The notes under the pieces are model-generated. The model was not told the DNA's origin. It saw only the letters and a program-made list of their open reading frames with translations, and made no database searches. From the IMG/VR virus record IMGVR_UViG_3300028735_000004, positions 1-64,000 of that record: DNA of 64,000 nt; one strand, 5' to 3'. The position numbers and the translations under genes were made by a program. Below are positions 18,399 through 28,914 of this stretch, piece by piece (position 1 is the first letter of the stretch; every line of letters starts with the position of its first letter). This DNA is from a virus (lineage: Duplodnaviria; Caudoviricetes).

Positions 18399-18952
18399 TA
18401 TAGTAAAAATTTTCTTTTAAAAACTTTATCAAGGAATCTTTTTATATCAGATAAAGAATTATAATATGGCGGAGTAAAATCTAAAGATATTTTTTCTTGA
18501 GAAGTAGTAATAATAGTTCTATTACTTTTAAAATTACTAATGGTGTTGCAATATTGTTTATTAAACTTAAATCTAAAAAATATTGATAAAGGTGAGGCAT
18601 CGATAATTTCATTACCATTTAAATTTAATAAGAAATTATAGTAGAAATGATTTTTTTTGCACCCAACTCTAAAATTTAATTCTTTAGGCGCAGTATAATC
18701 ATATTTTTTATTAATCTCAATTGAATTAGAAAAAAATGGAACTTTAATATAGAAATCGGAATCTACATCCTGATAATCATTTGAAAATTTAAATATTAAA
18801 GAATTATTATCATATTCATTGTATAAATACCTATCTCTACCATTTACAATTATTTTATTATCTCCTCCAATCACATATGTTCTATGATTACAGATTAAAC
18901 AATTTTCAAACTTTATTGAATTATTAAATATATGATTTTTATATTCAGTCAT
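18398..18952 (-). CDS. Long CxxC protein, C-tail family
   Basis: CLIC...CKKNH; ends KVFKRKFLL. Confidence 0.75.
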   Translation of the reverse strand: MTEYKNHIFNNSIKFENCLICNHRTYVIGGDNKIIVNGRDRYLYNEYDNNSLIFKFSNDYQDVDSDFYIKVPFFSNSIEINKKYDYTAPKELNFRVGCKKNHFYYNFLLNLNGNEIIDASPLSIFFRFKFNKQYCNTISNFKSNRTIITTSQEKISLDFTPPYYNSLSDIKRFLDKVFKRKFLL

Positions 18953-18986
18953 TGAACGCTCTTAATGAAGTGTTATATATCGTATT

Positions 18987-19712
18987 ATGAAGAATGATTT
19001 GTTTTTTTTATACACTGAAGATGCACCGGGTATTTATTCAATTGATTTACTAGATGAAGAATTAGATCAGTTAAATAAAATATTAGATAAACTAAACAGA
19101 TCAAAAAATATAAACGATCTTAAGAAAAAAATAAAAAGCATTTATATCTTATCCGATAATGATTATGTGGTATCCGATATCAAGCAACAGATATATATGA
19201 ATTTTAATTTTGATAAATTTGTAGAATTAGTAGTATCTATGTCTGAGTATGATAAATCTATAAATGTAAATGAAATTATTACTCAAAAAATAACCGCAAG
19301 TCCTCCAAGAAGCATAAATAAAATATACAAAAATATTAAAATTTATTGTGAAAAATCTGATTTTAATATTGTGGACTATATAGCAAAATTATTATACAAA
19401 TATCCAGTATATAAAAATCTATTATTTCTTTTAAAAAATAATAATAAAAAATTATTGATATCTAAAATTCTTGCAGAAAAAATATATGGCGGGTGCTTAA
19501 CAAGTGTAATACATTTTATTAATCATAATAATTATAGTTTTCTATATAATTTAAACAAAAAAGATTTTATTAATTATTTTCTAAATGTTCAACCACACAT
19601 TATAATTAATTATAATGTAAAAAACATTTTATCCAGAATGTTAGATGAAGTTGAATATAAAAAATTTAATGAAGATTATTATAGAATAAATTATTACAAC
19701 TTATTCGGGTAA
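18987..19712 (+). CDS. Hypothetical protein
   Basis: 241-aa ORF filling the gap. Confidence 0.6.
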   Translation: MKNDLFFLYTEDAPGIYSIDLLDEELDQLNKILDKLNRSKNINDLKKKIKSIYILSDNDYVVSDIKQQIYMNFNFDKFVELVVSMSEYDKSINVNEIITQKITASPPRSINKIYKNIKIYCEKSDFNIVDYIAKLLYKYPVYKNLLFLLKNNNKKLLISKILAEKIYGGCLTSVIHFINHNNYSFLYNLNKKDFINYFLNVQPHIIINYNVKNILSRMLDEVEYKKFNEDYYRINYYNLFG

Positions 19713-20318
19713 TTTACCTTCTACAACTGTTTGAGCTATATTTAAAGCATCTTTATCAGATATAGATGTATTATGTACAACTTTTTTCTTAAATAAATCT
19801 AAAAGTTTTCTTGTTTCTGGACCCAAAATACCATCTACCTTACGAGAAGATGATGGTGCAATTAAACCTTCCCAAACTAAAGCGGTAAATAAGGCTTGTT
19901 GTTGTTTTTTATCTATTAACGGATATTTTGGTGGAGCATCGCCGACGACTGGTTCTACTTTTACTTGCTGAAATGATGGTTCTGGTGGAGGCGGTGGAAC
20001 AGTATCTAATTTTTCATAAATAAATTTTAATACATTATATGATGGTTCTACAAATTTTCTATAAAAATCTATTCTGGATTGTGAGACAGGCATTACTCTC
20101 CAAAAATCATACAATGCAAAATATAATGTTTTTGATGATTGATATGGATTATCAAAATCTAAAGTTAATTGATTTAAAGTATGTGGATCAATTTTAATAT
20201 TAGATAAAAACCTAGCTGCCTCATTTTTAAGAGACGCTAAATATTGCATTTTATCGCCAAATGGTTGAGCTAATTTATTAAATTTATAGGCCAATTTTAT
20301 CAATTCTGATATTTTCAT
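19701..20318 (-). CDS. Protein with a C-terminal peptidoglycan-binding-like domain
   Basis: VDGILGPETR motif typical of PG_binding_1, after a Pro-rich linker; N-terminus KLAYKFNKLAQ. Confidence 0.6.
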   Translation of the reverse strand: MKISELIKLAYKFNKLAQPFGDKMQYLASLKNEAARFLSNIKIDPHTLNQLTLDFDNPYQSSKTLYFALYDFWRVMPVSQSRIDFYRKFVEPSYNVLKFIYEKLDTVPPPPPEPSFQQVKVEPVVGDAPPKYPLIDKKQQQALFTALVWEGLIAPSSSRKVDGILGPETRKLLDLFKKKVVHNTSISDKDALNIAQTVVEGKLPE

Positions 20319-20393
20319 TGTATCCCGTATGTGATATATAATCTATTATTATGCTTTTTTATTCGCAGATATAAATTACTTTAATTTAACTAT

Positions 20394-20421
20394 TTGACTT
20401 ATACCAAAAGACCATTATATT
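20394..20421 (+). promoter_or_regulatory. sigma70-like promoter for the peptidase gene
   Basis: TTGACT-N16-TATATT, then AAGAGG SD before ATG 20448. Confidence 0.55.
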
Positions 20422-20447
20422 TGTAAGAACTTTAAAAAGAGGTAAAG

Positions 20448-21362
20448 ATGATTAACGAATATTCTTTTGAAAAATTTATTATGACTTGTTGTGAAATGCC
20501 AGAATATGAACTTAGGGATTTTATTAAAAATACTCTAAAAGAGCACGGCTTTTCTTTTGTCGAAGATAATTATGTATCAGAAAGAAAAGGATTATATAAA
20601 AAAATACCAAATTTACTTGCGGTTAGAGGTAAACCAAATGTATGCTTAGTTGCTCATACTGATGTTTGTCGAGATCATTCTGGTCATTCAAGAAAACCGG
20701 AACCAACAATAAAAACTAAATATCACTACGGTGAAAAAGAAATTATTATACAAGATAAAAATTGTAAAGTTCAATTAGGTGGAGACGATAGATTAGGTGT
20801 TGCTATAAATTTGTGGGTAGCAATAAACTCTGGATATGATTTGGGTTTGTTGTTTACAACAGATGAAGAAATTGGTGCCATTTCTGCATCAGCATTAGAA
20901 ATTCCAATGCATCATTTTGATATCTTATTGCAAGTTGATCGTGGAAACCATAGAAATCAATTAGTAACATCTATAGGTGGAGTTCAATTATGTTCAGAAA
21001 AAACTGCGGAGAGACTATTAGATATTGCTGAATTTATAGATTTACCACGGGTTCCAGTTCAAGGGTTGCTAACAGATGTATATGCTATTAAAAAAATGGG
21101 TAAATGCAAAAATGCAGTTAATATGACTTGTGGTTATCATCAAAGTTATGGATCTGGAGCAGACGAATATATAAGTGTATCAGAAGCCAGATATACAATG
21201 AAATATGTTGCAGAAATCATAAAAGATTATTATTTATATGGAAATACAGAAGATGATATCATAGATAATGAGTATATCTTTGCTGAAGAAGATTTAGAAG
21301 AAATTAGTCCTTTTACTAATGAAACCACTATCTTTGAAGAAACATTGTATCAAATTAGATAA
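20448..21362 (+). CDS. M20/M28-family zinc peptidase
   Basis: AHTD, GGDDRLG, DEEIG, QVDR and GYH metal-ligand motifs. Confidence 0.8.
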   Translation: MINEYSFEKFIMTCCEMPEYELRDFIKNTLKEHGFSFVEDNYVSERKGLYKKIPNLLAVRGKPNVCLVAHTDVCRDHSGHSRKPEPTIKTKYHYGEKEIIIQDKNCKVQLGGDDRLGVAINLWVAINSGYDLGLLFTTDEEIGAISASALEIPMHHFDILLQVDRGNHRNQLVTSIGGVQLCSEKTAERLLDIAEFIDLPRVPVQGLLTDVYAIKKMGKCKNAVNMTCGYHQSYGSGADEYISVSEARYTMKYVAEIIKDYYLYGNTEDDIIDNEYIFAEEDLEEISPFTNETTIFEETLYQIR

Positions 21363-21364
21363 TA

Positions 21365-23758
21365 TTAAATTATACTTATCTTATAAACATTAGATGATGT
21401 TTCAATACCACCGCAATGTATTAATCCGTTGCCATCTGGAGTAATTGCTAATGAAGATGCGTGAGTTGCAGGCCAGGGCATTTGGCGTTGTTGATACCAA
21501 TTAATACCATCTTTACTTCTCCAACAATCTGAAGTATTTGATCCTGGTATTGAATAACCATTTACTATCCACATATATCCACCAAATACGGCGGTCGATA
21601 TATATTGGCGTTTACTCCAAGGTGCTAAACCATCTGCTAAAACTTCGGTCCAAGTAGTTCCATCAAAACTCCAAACATCATTGTAATAAGTTCTGGATGC
21701 TGGTGTATTATGGTATCTACCTCCACCAATAATATAAATTTTATTATTAAATAATACTGGAGCATATACCATACCTCTTGCGGCCCAAGGTGCATTAGCG
21801 GTATGCAATGACCAAGTTGCACCATCATCGGAGCTAACCCATATGTCATTTTTTGCAGTAGACGGATCTGCTATATCCGTTTGCCCTCCAGCCATATATA
21901 ATTTATTATCAATTGACCAGGCCATCATTAATACTCTTGGTCCCCATCCTGCGTTAGCGGTCATTCGCTCCCACGCAGTTCCATTAAATCTCCATACATC
22001 TTGATAATAACTTCCTGCATCTAAATCAAATGGATCACTTCCTAATATATACATGTAATTTTTATGATGAGTATATGCCGGTGTGTGTCTTCTTCTTGGT
22101 TTTGCTCCCGCCCCACTTACTGGTGGATTTGCGTCATGAGCAGAAATTAAAGACCAAGTAGCGCCATTATCAGCACTGCTATAAAATTCATTAGTTGTCG
22201 TCGCAAGGCCGCTTTCCCAAGCCGCAGTTGTTGCCCAACCTCCAAATAAATATAGCGTGCTTCCTAACGAAAATAAAACGCATCCATCTTTTGGTGCAGT
22301 AGAAAAAGATAAAGCAGAATTTGTCTGAATATTAACCTGTGTCGATCCTCTTAAGTATTTACCATAAGACCAACTATATAATTTAGATTTTTCTATATTG
22401 GATAATACCCCATTTAAAACAAAGACCATTGCCAAATCACATCCTTTAAGCCAATCATTATTTGAGCTAAAAGTTGTACCTATAGTATCCCAACCATAAT
22501 AAGTAGTATTGATTGCGCTTGTTTGATCTATTCCCTCTTGTGAATTATTTACAAAAAATTGTAAAGTTCCATCTGGTTTATGTATCATGCCATAGAATCT
22601 TGGGGTTCCATCAGCAAAAATAGTATTACTTGCATTATATAATGTATAAGGTCCAGAAGGCTCAACATAATTAACAGCACTTAATTTACCATCAGTAAAT
22701 CCAGGACCAGATCCATAGACGCTGCCCTGAAGATCTCCGCCTATAGGATTGCCGGTTGCATATTGAGTAAATCTACCAGCAGTATTATTTTCTCTTGCTA
22801 CGAAGAAGAAGCTTTTACCAGAAGAAAAGACATCTTTTGAAGCAAGTTGCATATAATCATTACCATCAAAAGTCATTATAGGAACAGAATCATTATAGCC
22901 AATGGCATTAACCACATATGTTGGTTTTGCTGCATCAACAGATTGACTTAAGTGCTTCATTCCAGATCCTTGATCATTCCATTGAGATATTAAATTCAAA
23001 GATTGAGTAATGCCGGCTGTAATATCATATACTCTTGCACCAACAATGGAGGTGGGAGACCATACTTCATAACTTAATGATAATGTTTTTATTGTGCCGG
23101 AAATATTAATAGAAATATCATATATACCCGATGGTAATAAAGGAGTGATACAATCTATTTGAGTCGAGCTAATTACAGAAATATTAGTGCAGTTAACACC
23201 ATTTATGGAAACAATTGGTGAACCGGAAAAATTCGTGCCGGTTATTGTAATATATGTTCCATACATCACATCGCCAATTGATGGTGTTACAGAAGTAAGT
23301 GTAAATGAAGCCGGAGGTACAATTGAAATAGGTGGAGTATTGGGCAATCCTAAACCTGTATCAATTGGAATTAAAGAAGTAGATGATACAGTATACGTAT
23401 TTTTTGATAATTTACCTACATAAAATAAAGCCGTATAATATAATTTATCTACTGGTAAAGTTATATTCGGGGGACCAAAGTTATTTTTCTCGACGGCGGC
23501 CAAACCATTTTTGATAAATATTGTTATATCTGCAACTGTTCGATTGGTATAATCTGCAAAATTACGAGAAACCAATAACCTTAAATTATTACCTTTAATA
23601 ATTGTTGGATAATTCGGATCAGCCGCCAATCTTGCGTCAAATTCTGTGCCAGAAATTGATTCATTTATATCTAATTGTCTTATTAATGCTTCTTTTACGG
23701 CACTTGATATATTTTCATTCACAAAAATGATGGCTGGCGGAGATGTTAAATTACTCAT
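21365..23758 (-). CDS. Multidomain virion/surface protein: IPT/TIG, lectin-like and Kelch/Asp-box propeller
   Basis: LTSVTPSIG...ITITGTNF (IPT); SADNGATW, SSDDGATW and SKDGINW Asp-boxes; LYLFGG, LYMAGG and IYIIGG Kelch blades. Confidence 0.7.
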   Translation of the reverse strand: MSNLTSPPAIIFVNENISSAVKEALIRQLDINESISGTEFDARLAADPNYPTIIKGNNLRLLVSRNFADYTNRTVADITIFIKNGLAAVEKNNFGPPNITLPVDKLYYTALFYVGKLSKNTYTVSSTSLIPIDTGLGLPNTPPISIVPPASFTLTSVTPSIGDVMYGTYITITGTNFSGSPIVSINGVNCTNISVISSTQIDCITPLLPSGIYDISINISGTIKTLSLSYEVWSPTSIVGARVYDITAGITQSLNLISQWNDQGSGMKHLSQSVDAAKPTYVVNAIGYNDSVPIMTFDGNDYMQLASKDVFSSGKSFFFVARENNTAGRFTQYATGNPIGGDLQGSVYGSGPGFTDGKLSAVNYVEPSGPYTLYNASNTIFADGTPRFYGMIHKPDGTLQFFVNNSQEGIDQTSAINTTYYGWDTIGTTFSSNNDWLKGCDLAMVFVLNGVLSNIEKSKLYSWSYGKYLRGSTQVNIQTNSALSFSTAPKDGCVLFSLGSTLYLFGGWATTAAWESGLATTTNEFYSSADNGATWSLISAHDANPPVSGAGAKPRRRHTPAYTHHKNYMYILGSDPFDLDAGSYYQDVWRFNGTAWERMTANAGWGPRVLMMAWSIDNKLYMAGGQTDIADPSTAKNDIWVSSDDGATWSLHTANAPWAARGMVYAPVLFNNKIYIIGGGRYHNTPASRTYYNDVWSFDGTTWTEVLADGLAPWSKRQYISTAVFGGYMWIVNGYSIPGSNTSDCWRSKDGINWYQQRQMPWPATHASSLAITPDGNGLIHCGGIETSSNVYKISII

Positions 23759-23831
23759 AATTAAATGCTAAATTATGATAATAATCAATCAAACGAACAG
23801 ATATATTTAAAAACGACATTAAGAGGATAAA

Positions 23832-24326
23832 ATGATAGAAATTCCAAAATTTAAATTTGCATTGCGTGAAGATTTAAAAAATAATACAGAATTTTTACCA
23901 ACAAGAGCTGAACCTTTAGCTACTGGATGGGATGTTAGAGCCGCAATGCCAGATCGAAAACCTTTGATAATTAGAGCTGGCCAATATGTAAAAATACCAT
24001 TGGGGTTTAGGGCATTTTGTCCATCTAATTATTGGTATGAATTAAAACCAAGAAGTAGTTCTTTTGCTAAAAAATCTTTACACGCTTTATATGGAACTAT
24101 AGATGAAGCGTTTAATCAAGAAGTTGTTTTTGCTGCACAATACATACCTGATGTTTCCGCTATGGCAAAAGATTTAGTAATAGAATTTGGTGAGGCTATA
24201 GGGCAATTAGTGCCAGTTCGTCGTCAAGAAATGATTGTTGAAAATATCTCTAATGATGAGTTGGAAAAATTATACCAAGAAAGAAATGCCATACGCAATG
24301 GTGGATTTGGGAGTACTGATAAGTGA
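23832..24326 (+). CDS. dut: Trimeric dUTPase
   Basis: GWDVRA, PRSS, GTID, IGQLV and RNGGFGST motifs. Confidence 0.9.
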   Translation: MIEIPKFKFALREDLKNNTEFLPTRAEPLATGWDVRAAMPDRKPLIIRAGQYVKIPLGFRAFCPSNYWYELKPRSSSFAKKSLHALYGTIDEAFNQEVVFAAQYIPDVSAMAKDLVIEFGEAIGQLVPVRRQEMIVENISNDELEKLYQERNAIRNGGFGSTDK

Positions 24327-25018
24327 ATAACTTTCAAAAATTTATAAATAATATTATTGGAGATAAAAATATGCCACAGATAGAGCCGTTTGATACAGAT
24401 GACTTAAAAATACAAGCAATGAGGGTCGCCGGCGTTGCTTTACCAAAAGAACCCGAAATACCAATCATTGAAGAAATTGAATTATCTTCTGATGAATTAG
24501 TGAATGAACCTTGGATACAAACATTCACTGGTAAAAAATTCTATCCTTTAGCACCAAATGCTGATGATATAGATATAGAAGATATCGCTCACGCATTAAG
24601 TAATATGTGCAGATTTAATGGACATTCTAAACAATTTTATTCAGTTGCACAGCATAGTGTTTTAGTTAGTTATTTGTGCGATGATGTTGATAAAAAACAT
24701 GGATTACTTCACGATGCATGCGAATATGTTCTTGGAGATATCCCCACTCCGTTAAAACATTCGGATTTATTTATTAATTATGAAAAAAATGAAAAATTAC
24801 TTCAATCCGTTATATATAAAAAATTTAATTTAGATCCAAATACTCCAAAATCAGTAAAAGATGCTGATTTACTAACTCTATCTATAGAGGCCAATAATTT
24901 TATGATACCAATTAATAATGAATGGAGTTTGGTCAAATCTCCACCTATTCAGATTATTCCACTAAATCCAGATGAAGCAAAAGATTTGTTTTTAAATAGA
25001 TTCAAGGAAATATTTTAA
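24323..25018 (+). CDS. HD-domain 5'-deoxynucleotidase (YfbR-like)
   Basis: DIAHALSNMCRFNGH, YSVAQHS and LLHDACE. Confidence 0.85.
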   Translation: MNNFQKFINNIIGDKNMPQIEPFDTDDLKIQAMRVAGVALPKEPEIPIIEEIELSSDELVNEPWIQTFTGKKFYPLAPNADDIDIEDIAHALSNMCRFNGHSKQFYSVAQHSVLVSYLCDDVDKKHGLLHDACEYVLGDIPTPLKHSDLFINYEKNEKLLQSVIYKKFNLDPNTPKSVKDADLLTLSIEANNFMIPINNEWSLVKSPPIQIIPLNPDEAKDLFLNRFKEIF

Positions 25019-25814
25019 TGTATTATGTATATACAATTATAAATAGATTAAATGATAAATTATATATTGGAACTACATCTAATATTAATAGATTTAATCA
25101 GCATATAACAATTGCGGATGGTGGAAAGAAAAAATATCCAAAACATTATCAAAAAATACATGCTGCAATTAAAAAATATGGCCATAAAAATTTTGATTTT
25201 ACTATAACTAAAACATTTGATAATGAAGACGAGGCATATTATTTTGAAGAAGATATGATATCATATTTACGAAGTATGAATATCTCCATTTATAACATAG
25301 CGGGCGGCGGGAAAGGAACCGGCTCTGGAATAAATCATCCGATGTTTGGTAAAAAATTACCAAAAAAATGGAAAGAAAATGTTAAAAAATCTAGAAAAGA
25401 AATGGATGAAAAAACAAGAGAAAAACATAGAGAAAACATGATTAAAAGAAATTGGGTTGGTGAAAATCATCCTAATTTTGGCAAGCCGACGCCACAAAAA
25501 ACTAGGAAAAAAATCTCAAAATCATTAAAAGGCAGGGTTTTTTCAGAAGAACATAAACAAAAAATCGGCAAAAAACATCTTAATAAAAAAATAAGCGACG
25601 ATACTCGAAAAAAATGAGTGTAGCTAATAAAAAAAGAAAACATTGGGATGGATAAAATAATCCAAAATCCAAACTTTCAAAAAAAGATGTTAAAGATATA
25701 AGGGCCTTAATTAAAAATAATGTATCAACTACAATAATATCAAAAAAAATTAATATAAATAGAAACACCGTTCTATATATTAAAAAAAATAAAATTTGGA
25801 AAAATATCAAATGA
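25018..25814 (+). pseudogene. GIY-YIG homing endonuclease with NUMOD3-like repeats, C-terminus disrupted
   Basis: YYVYTIIN...LYIGTT, GINHP and GENHP repeats. A C-terminal HTH (KLSKKDVKDIR...KIWKNIK) is reachable only through two 1-nt deletions and an in-frame TAA at the expected G-E-N-N-P. The intact ORF is 25018..25617. Confidence 0.75.
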
Positions 25815-26062
25815 AAAAACAAGAACAAAAACAAGAAAAAAAACAAGAGAAAAAATATTATGATGTAATTATGGAGGCAGATGTTCCTTCAGTAATTAAA
25901 TTTAGAGTTTTGGCAGAAAGTCCAGAAGAAGCTGTTAAAGAAATTAAAACAACAACTGGACCAATAGAATTTAGACCATTAATAAACAAAAGAAGAAATA
26001 AAAAAGCAATTGTTTATGAAGCCGGCTCATTAATTATTAAACATTCAGAAAGATATAGATAA
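25811..26062 (+). CDS. Hypothetical protein
   Basis: ATGA-coupled start MKKQEQK. Confidence 0.65.
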   Translation: MKKQEQKQEKKQEKKYYDVIMEADVPSVIKFRVLAESPEEAVKEIKTTTGPIEFRPLINKRRNKKAIVYEAGSLIIKHSERYR

Positions 26063-26637
26063 TGGCATTTGAAATATATTTAATAGATACTGAAACGACT
26101 GGAATTGAAGTTGGTGTCGCAGAAATTATAGAAATTTCTTTATATAGATTATCCAATAACGATCAAAAAACTTGGTGCATTAAACCTATGAAATATGAAA
26201 ATATCAGTCAAGATGCATTAAGGGTAAATGGTCATAAATTAGAAGATTTAATGCATAAAACTGCTCACGGGAAAGAAACATATAAAAATCCAGAACAAGT
26301 TATTTCAGAGATAGAGAATTGGATGATGGAAGATTTTTCTACTCCTGACGATCGAATATTTGTTGCACAAAATGCGTATTTCGATAAATTGCATATGGAG
26401 CATTTATGGAAATCACACGGGTTTGAAGCAACCTTTCCGTTTGGTAGAAAATATTTAGATACTATCCAAATAGAATTATTTTTAGACTATGTAGATGGTA
26501 AGCAAAATGATTTTTATAATTTATCTTCTTTAGTTGAAAGATATAAAGTTAAAAAAGAGAAGTCCCATAAGGCTGACTCCGATACGAGAATGATGCGTGA
26601 TGTATTTTTATCACAAATTAAACGGGCACGGAAATGA
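26062..26637 (+). CDS. DEDDh 3'-5' exonuclease (DnaQ-like)
   Basis: IDTETTG, AQNAYFD, LDT and HKADSD. Confidence 0.9.
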   Translation: MAFEIYLIDTETTGIEVGVAEIIEISLYRLSNNDQKTWCIKPMKYENISQDALRVNGHKLEDLMHKTAHGKETYKNPEQVISEIENWMMEDFSTPDDRIFVAQNAYFDKLHMEHLWKSHGFEATFPFGRKYLDTIQIELFLDYVDGKQNDFYNLSSLVERYKVKKEKSHKADSDTRMMRDVFLSQIKRARK

Positions 26638-27687
26638 TAATTTCAAATAAAAAAAATTCAGTAGTGAGGAAAAAATTTTAGTAAAATTTGATTTTAATAT
26701 TTCTAAAAAATGTAAATGAACATATTACAAACTATATAAAAATGTAATAAGATGTCAAAAAATAATAATGGTAAAGACAGGTGCTGCTATGGTTTTAATA
26801 CTTTAGAAAAAGCCGGAAATAAAAATTATAATTTTAAATATATTAAACATGAAAGTTTTTTTTTGAAAAAATAGATAATGAACTAAAGCATATCTTTATG
26901 ATGGGTGGCGGGAGATGGATGTTTAAAAAAAGATGGGCTGCATATTTCTGTTCATTGGATTGATACGGAAATACTTGCATTATTTAGAGATAATATTTCT
27001 CCAAATTCAAGAATAAAATTTATAAAATATGACAACACTAATACTTTAATAATTAATTCCGTAAAAATAATGAATGATTTATGTATTCATCTTAAATTAG
27101 ATTCTTATGATAAAAAATCACATAAAATAAGATTTCCGGATATATCAGAGGATATATTGATACATTTTATAAGAGGATTAATGGATAGTGATGGGTGGAT
27201 ATCAGATCCTCTTAAAAGAAAGGGGTTGTCTTGCAGTTATTGTTCTATGTCTGATGTAATAAAAACAGAATTACAAGAATTTTGCAATAATAGAAATATA
27301 AAATCAAACATCAGTAATAATATGGTAAGGTTTGCTGTAGAAAATGCTTTTAATTTTTTAAAACTTATTTATAATAATTCTGAATATAGTTTAACAAGAA
27401 AAAGGTGCCGCGCCAAAATGTGGATGACTTGGAGAAAATATAAAAGTAATATTTTTAGTCCTACTATAAGAAAAAGGGGATACACCTACATTCCATCAGA
27501 TATACAATTAAAAAATATTTTAAATTTAAATAAAAGTAAAAGAAAATTATCCAAAAATGATATTTTAGAAATTAAAAAATTATATAGTATGAATTTTTCT
27601 CAAAAACAAATATCAGAAAAATATAATGTTTCACAAAGCACAATATGTAATATACTAAATAATAAATTTTATAAAGAGATTAAATAA
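26634..27687 (+). pseudogene. Free-standing LAGLIDADG homing endonuclease, N-terminus frameshifted
   Basis: Motifs (GWV)AGDG and FIRGLMDSDG plus a C-terminal HTH; the upstream FFEKIDNE-KAYLYGW segment is broken by indels; intact ORF 26905..27687. Confidence 0.75.
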
Positions 27688-28310
27688 TGTCAATAGAATT
27701 TTACATATTAGATACAGAGAGCACCGGACTTATTTTAAATCTACATGAAATCGTTGAGATCTCTATTATTAGATGCAGCAATAAAATGCAAATTAATAGA
27801 ACCATCAAGGCAGATTATCCAAAAAACGCCTCAATGGATGCATTAAAAATAACCGGTAAAACAATTAACGATTTATATCACGGCATTTCAAAAAAACAAG
27901 CCATTGAAGATGTAGAAAATTTTTTTGCTTTAGATGGTAAAACACCTGAACACAGAGCAATTGTGGCTCATAATGCATTTAATTTTGATATGAAATTTAT
28001 TCATCGTATGTGGGAAAAAGAAAATAAATATTTTCCAGCAAATTTATGGTTAGATACTATTCCTATGGTTAGAGAATATGCTAAAAAAACAGGCATAATT
28101 AAACCAAAAGTGAATTTGGCAGCATCATTAGATATGTTTAAAATTGCAACTAATCAAAGAATGCACTCGGCCAAAGGAGATAGTAGAGCAACTTTTTATT
28201 TATGGCAAAAATTATTAGATGAAGGTATAGATTATTTGCCACTACTTAAAAGAGTACCTCACGCGCCAGAAGAAGAAAATGATTTAATGAGCGAAATGTA
28301 TGACGATTAA
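27687..28310 (+). CDS. DEDDh 3'-5' exonuclease (second paralogue)
   Basis: LDTESTG, AHNAFNFD, LDT and HSAKGD. Confidence 0.9.
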   Translation: MSIEFYILDTESTGLILNLHEIVEISIIRCSNKMQINRTIKADYPKNASMDALKITGKTINDLYHGISKKQAIEDVENFFALDGKTPEHRAIVAHNAFNFDMKFIHRMWEKENKYFPANLWLDTIPMVREYAKKTGIIKPKVNLAASLDMFKIATNQRMHSAKGDSRATFYLWQKLLDEGIDYLPLLKRVPHAPEEENDLMSEMYDD

Positions 28311-28914
28311 AAATACAAGTTATAAAGATTTCGTAGATAAAATTAATAGACAATTAAAAATAGTAAGTGGATACTTAGAAGATAATTTATATTTTAATTT
28401 AATAAAAGGTTGTAGATTAAAACCAGTTAGTGTATTTTCAAAAAACTTTTCATATAATCCTAAATTTGAAAACATATGGATCGATGAGTTCGGAAACACT
28501 TTAAATATCAAAGAAAAAAGTATTGTTGAGAACGATAAAAATTATAAATTTGATTTAATAAAAACAGATTTATGGTTTAATAGGGATGTGATCGATATAC
28601 TACAAAATAGTTTAGTTGCCTATGTGTGCTTGGGTTATAAAAATAATACAAAGACATACGAAATACTCTGCTTGGGTATTGACTATTTTTTAAGAGGCTT
28701 TATCATATCATCAAATGAAAGTAAGATTTACCCACCATTATTGTTTAAAGAAAGAAATATTAGAAGTTTATATGTAAATCTTCAAACAGATAATATTATT
28801 AAATTAGATAAAGATAAATTTAATTCAATATTAACTTATGATAATTGTGATGGGTTAATTATTCCAAAATCTAAATTCAATTACTTAATAAATGAAATAG
28901 GAGAAAAGAAATAA
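28300..28914 (+). CDS. Hypothetical protein
   Basis: 204-aa ORF within an operon. Confidence 0.7.
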   Translation: MTIKNTSYKDFVDKINRQLKIVSGYLEDNLYFNLIKGCRLKPVSVFSKNFSYNPKFENIWIDEFGNTLNIKEKSIVENDKNYKFDLIKTDLWFNRDVIDILQNSLVAYVCLGYKNNTKTYEILCLGIDYFLRGFIISSNESKIYPPLLFKERNIRSLYVNLQTDNIIKLDKDKFNSILTYDNCDGLIIPKSKFNYLINEIGEKK

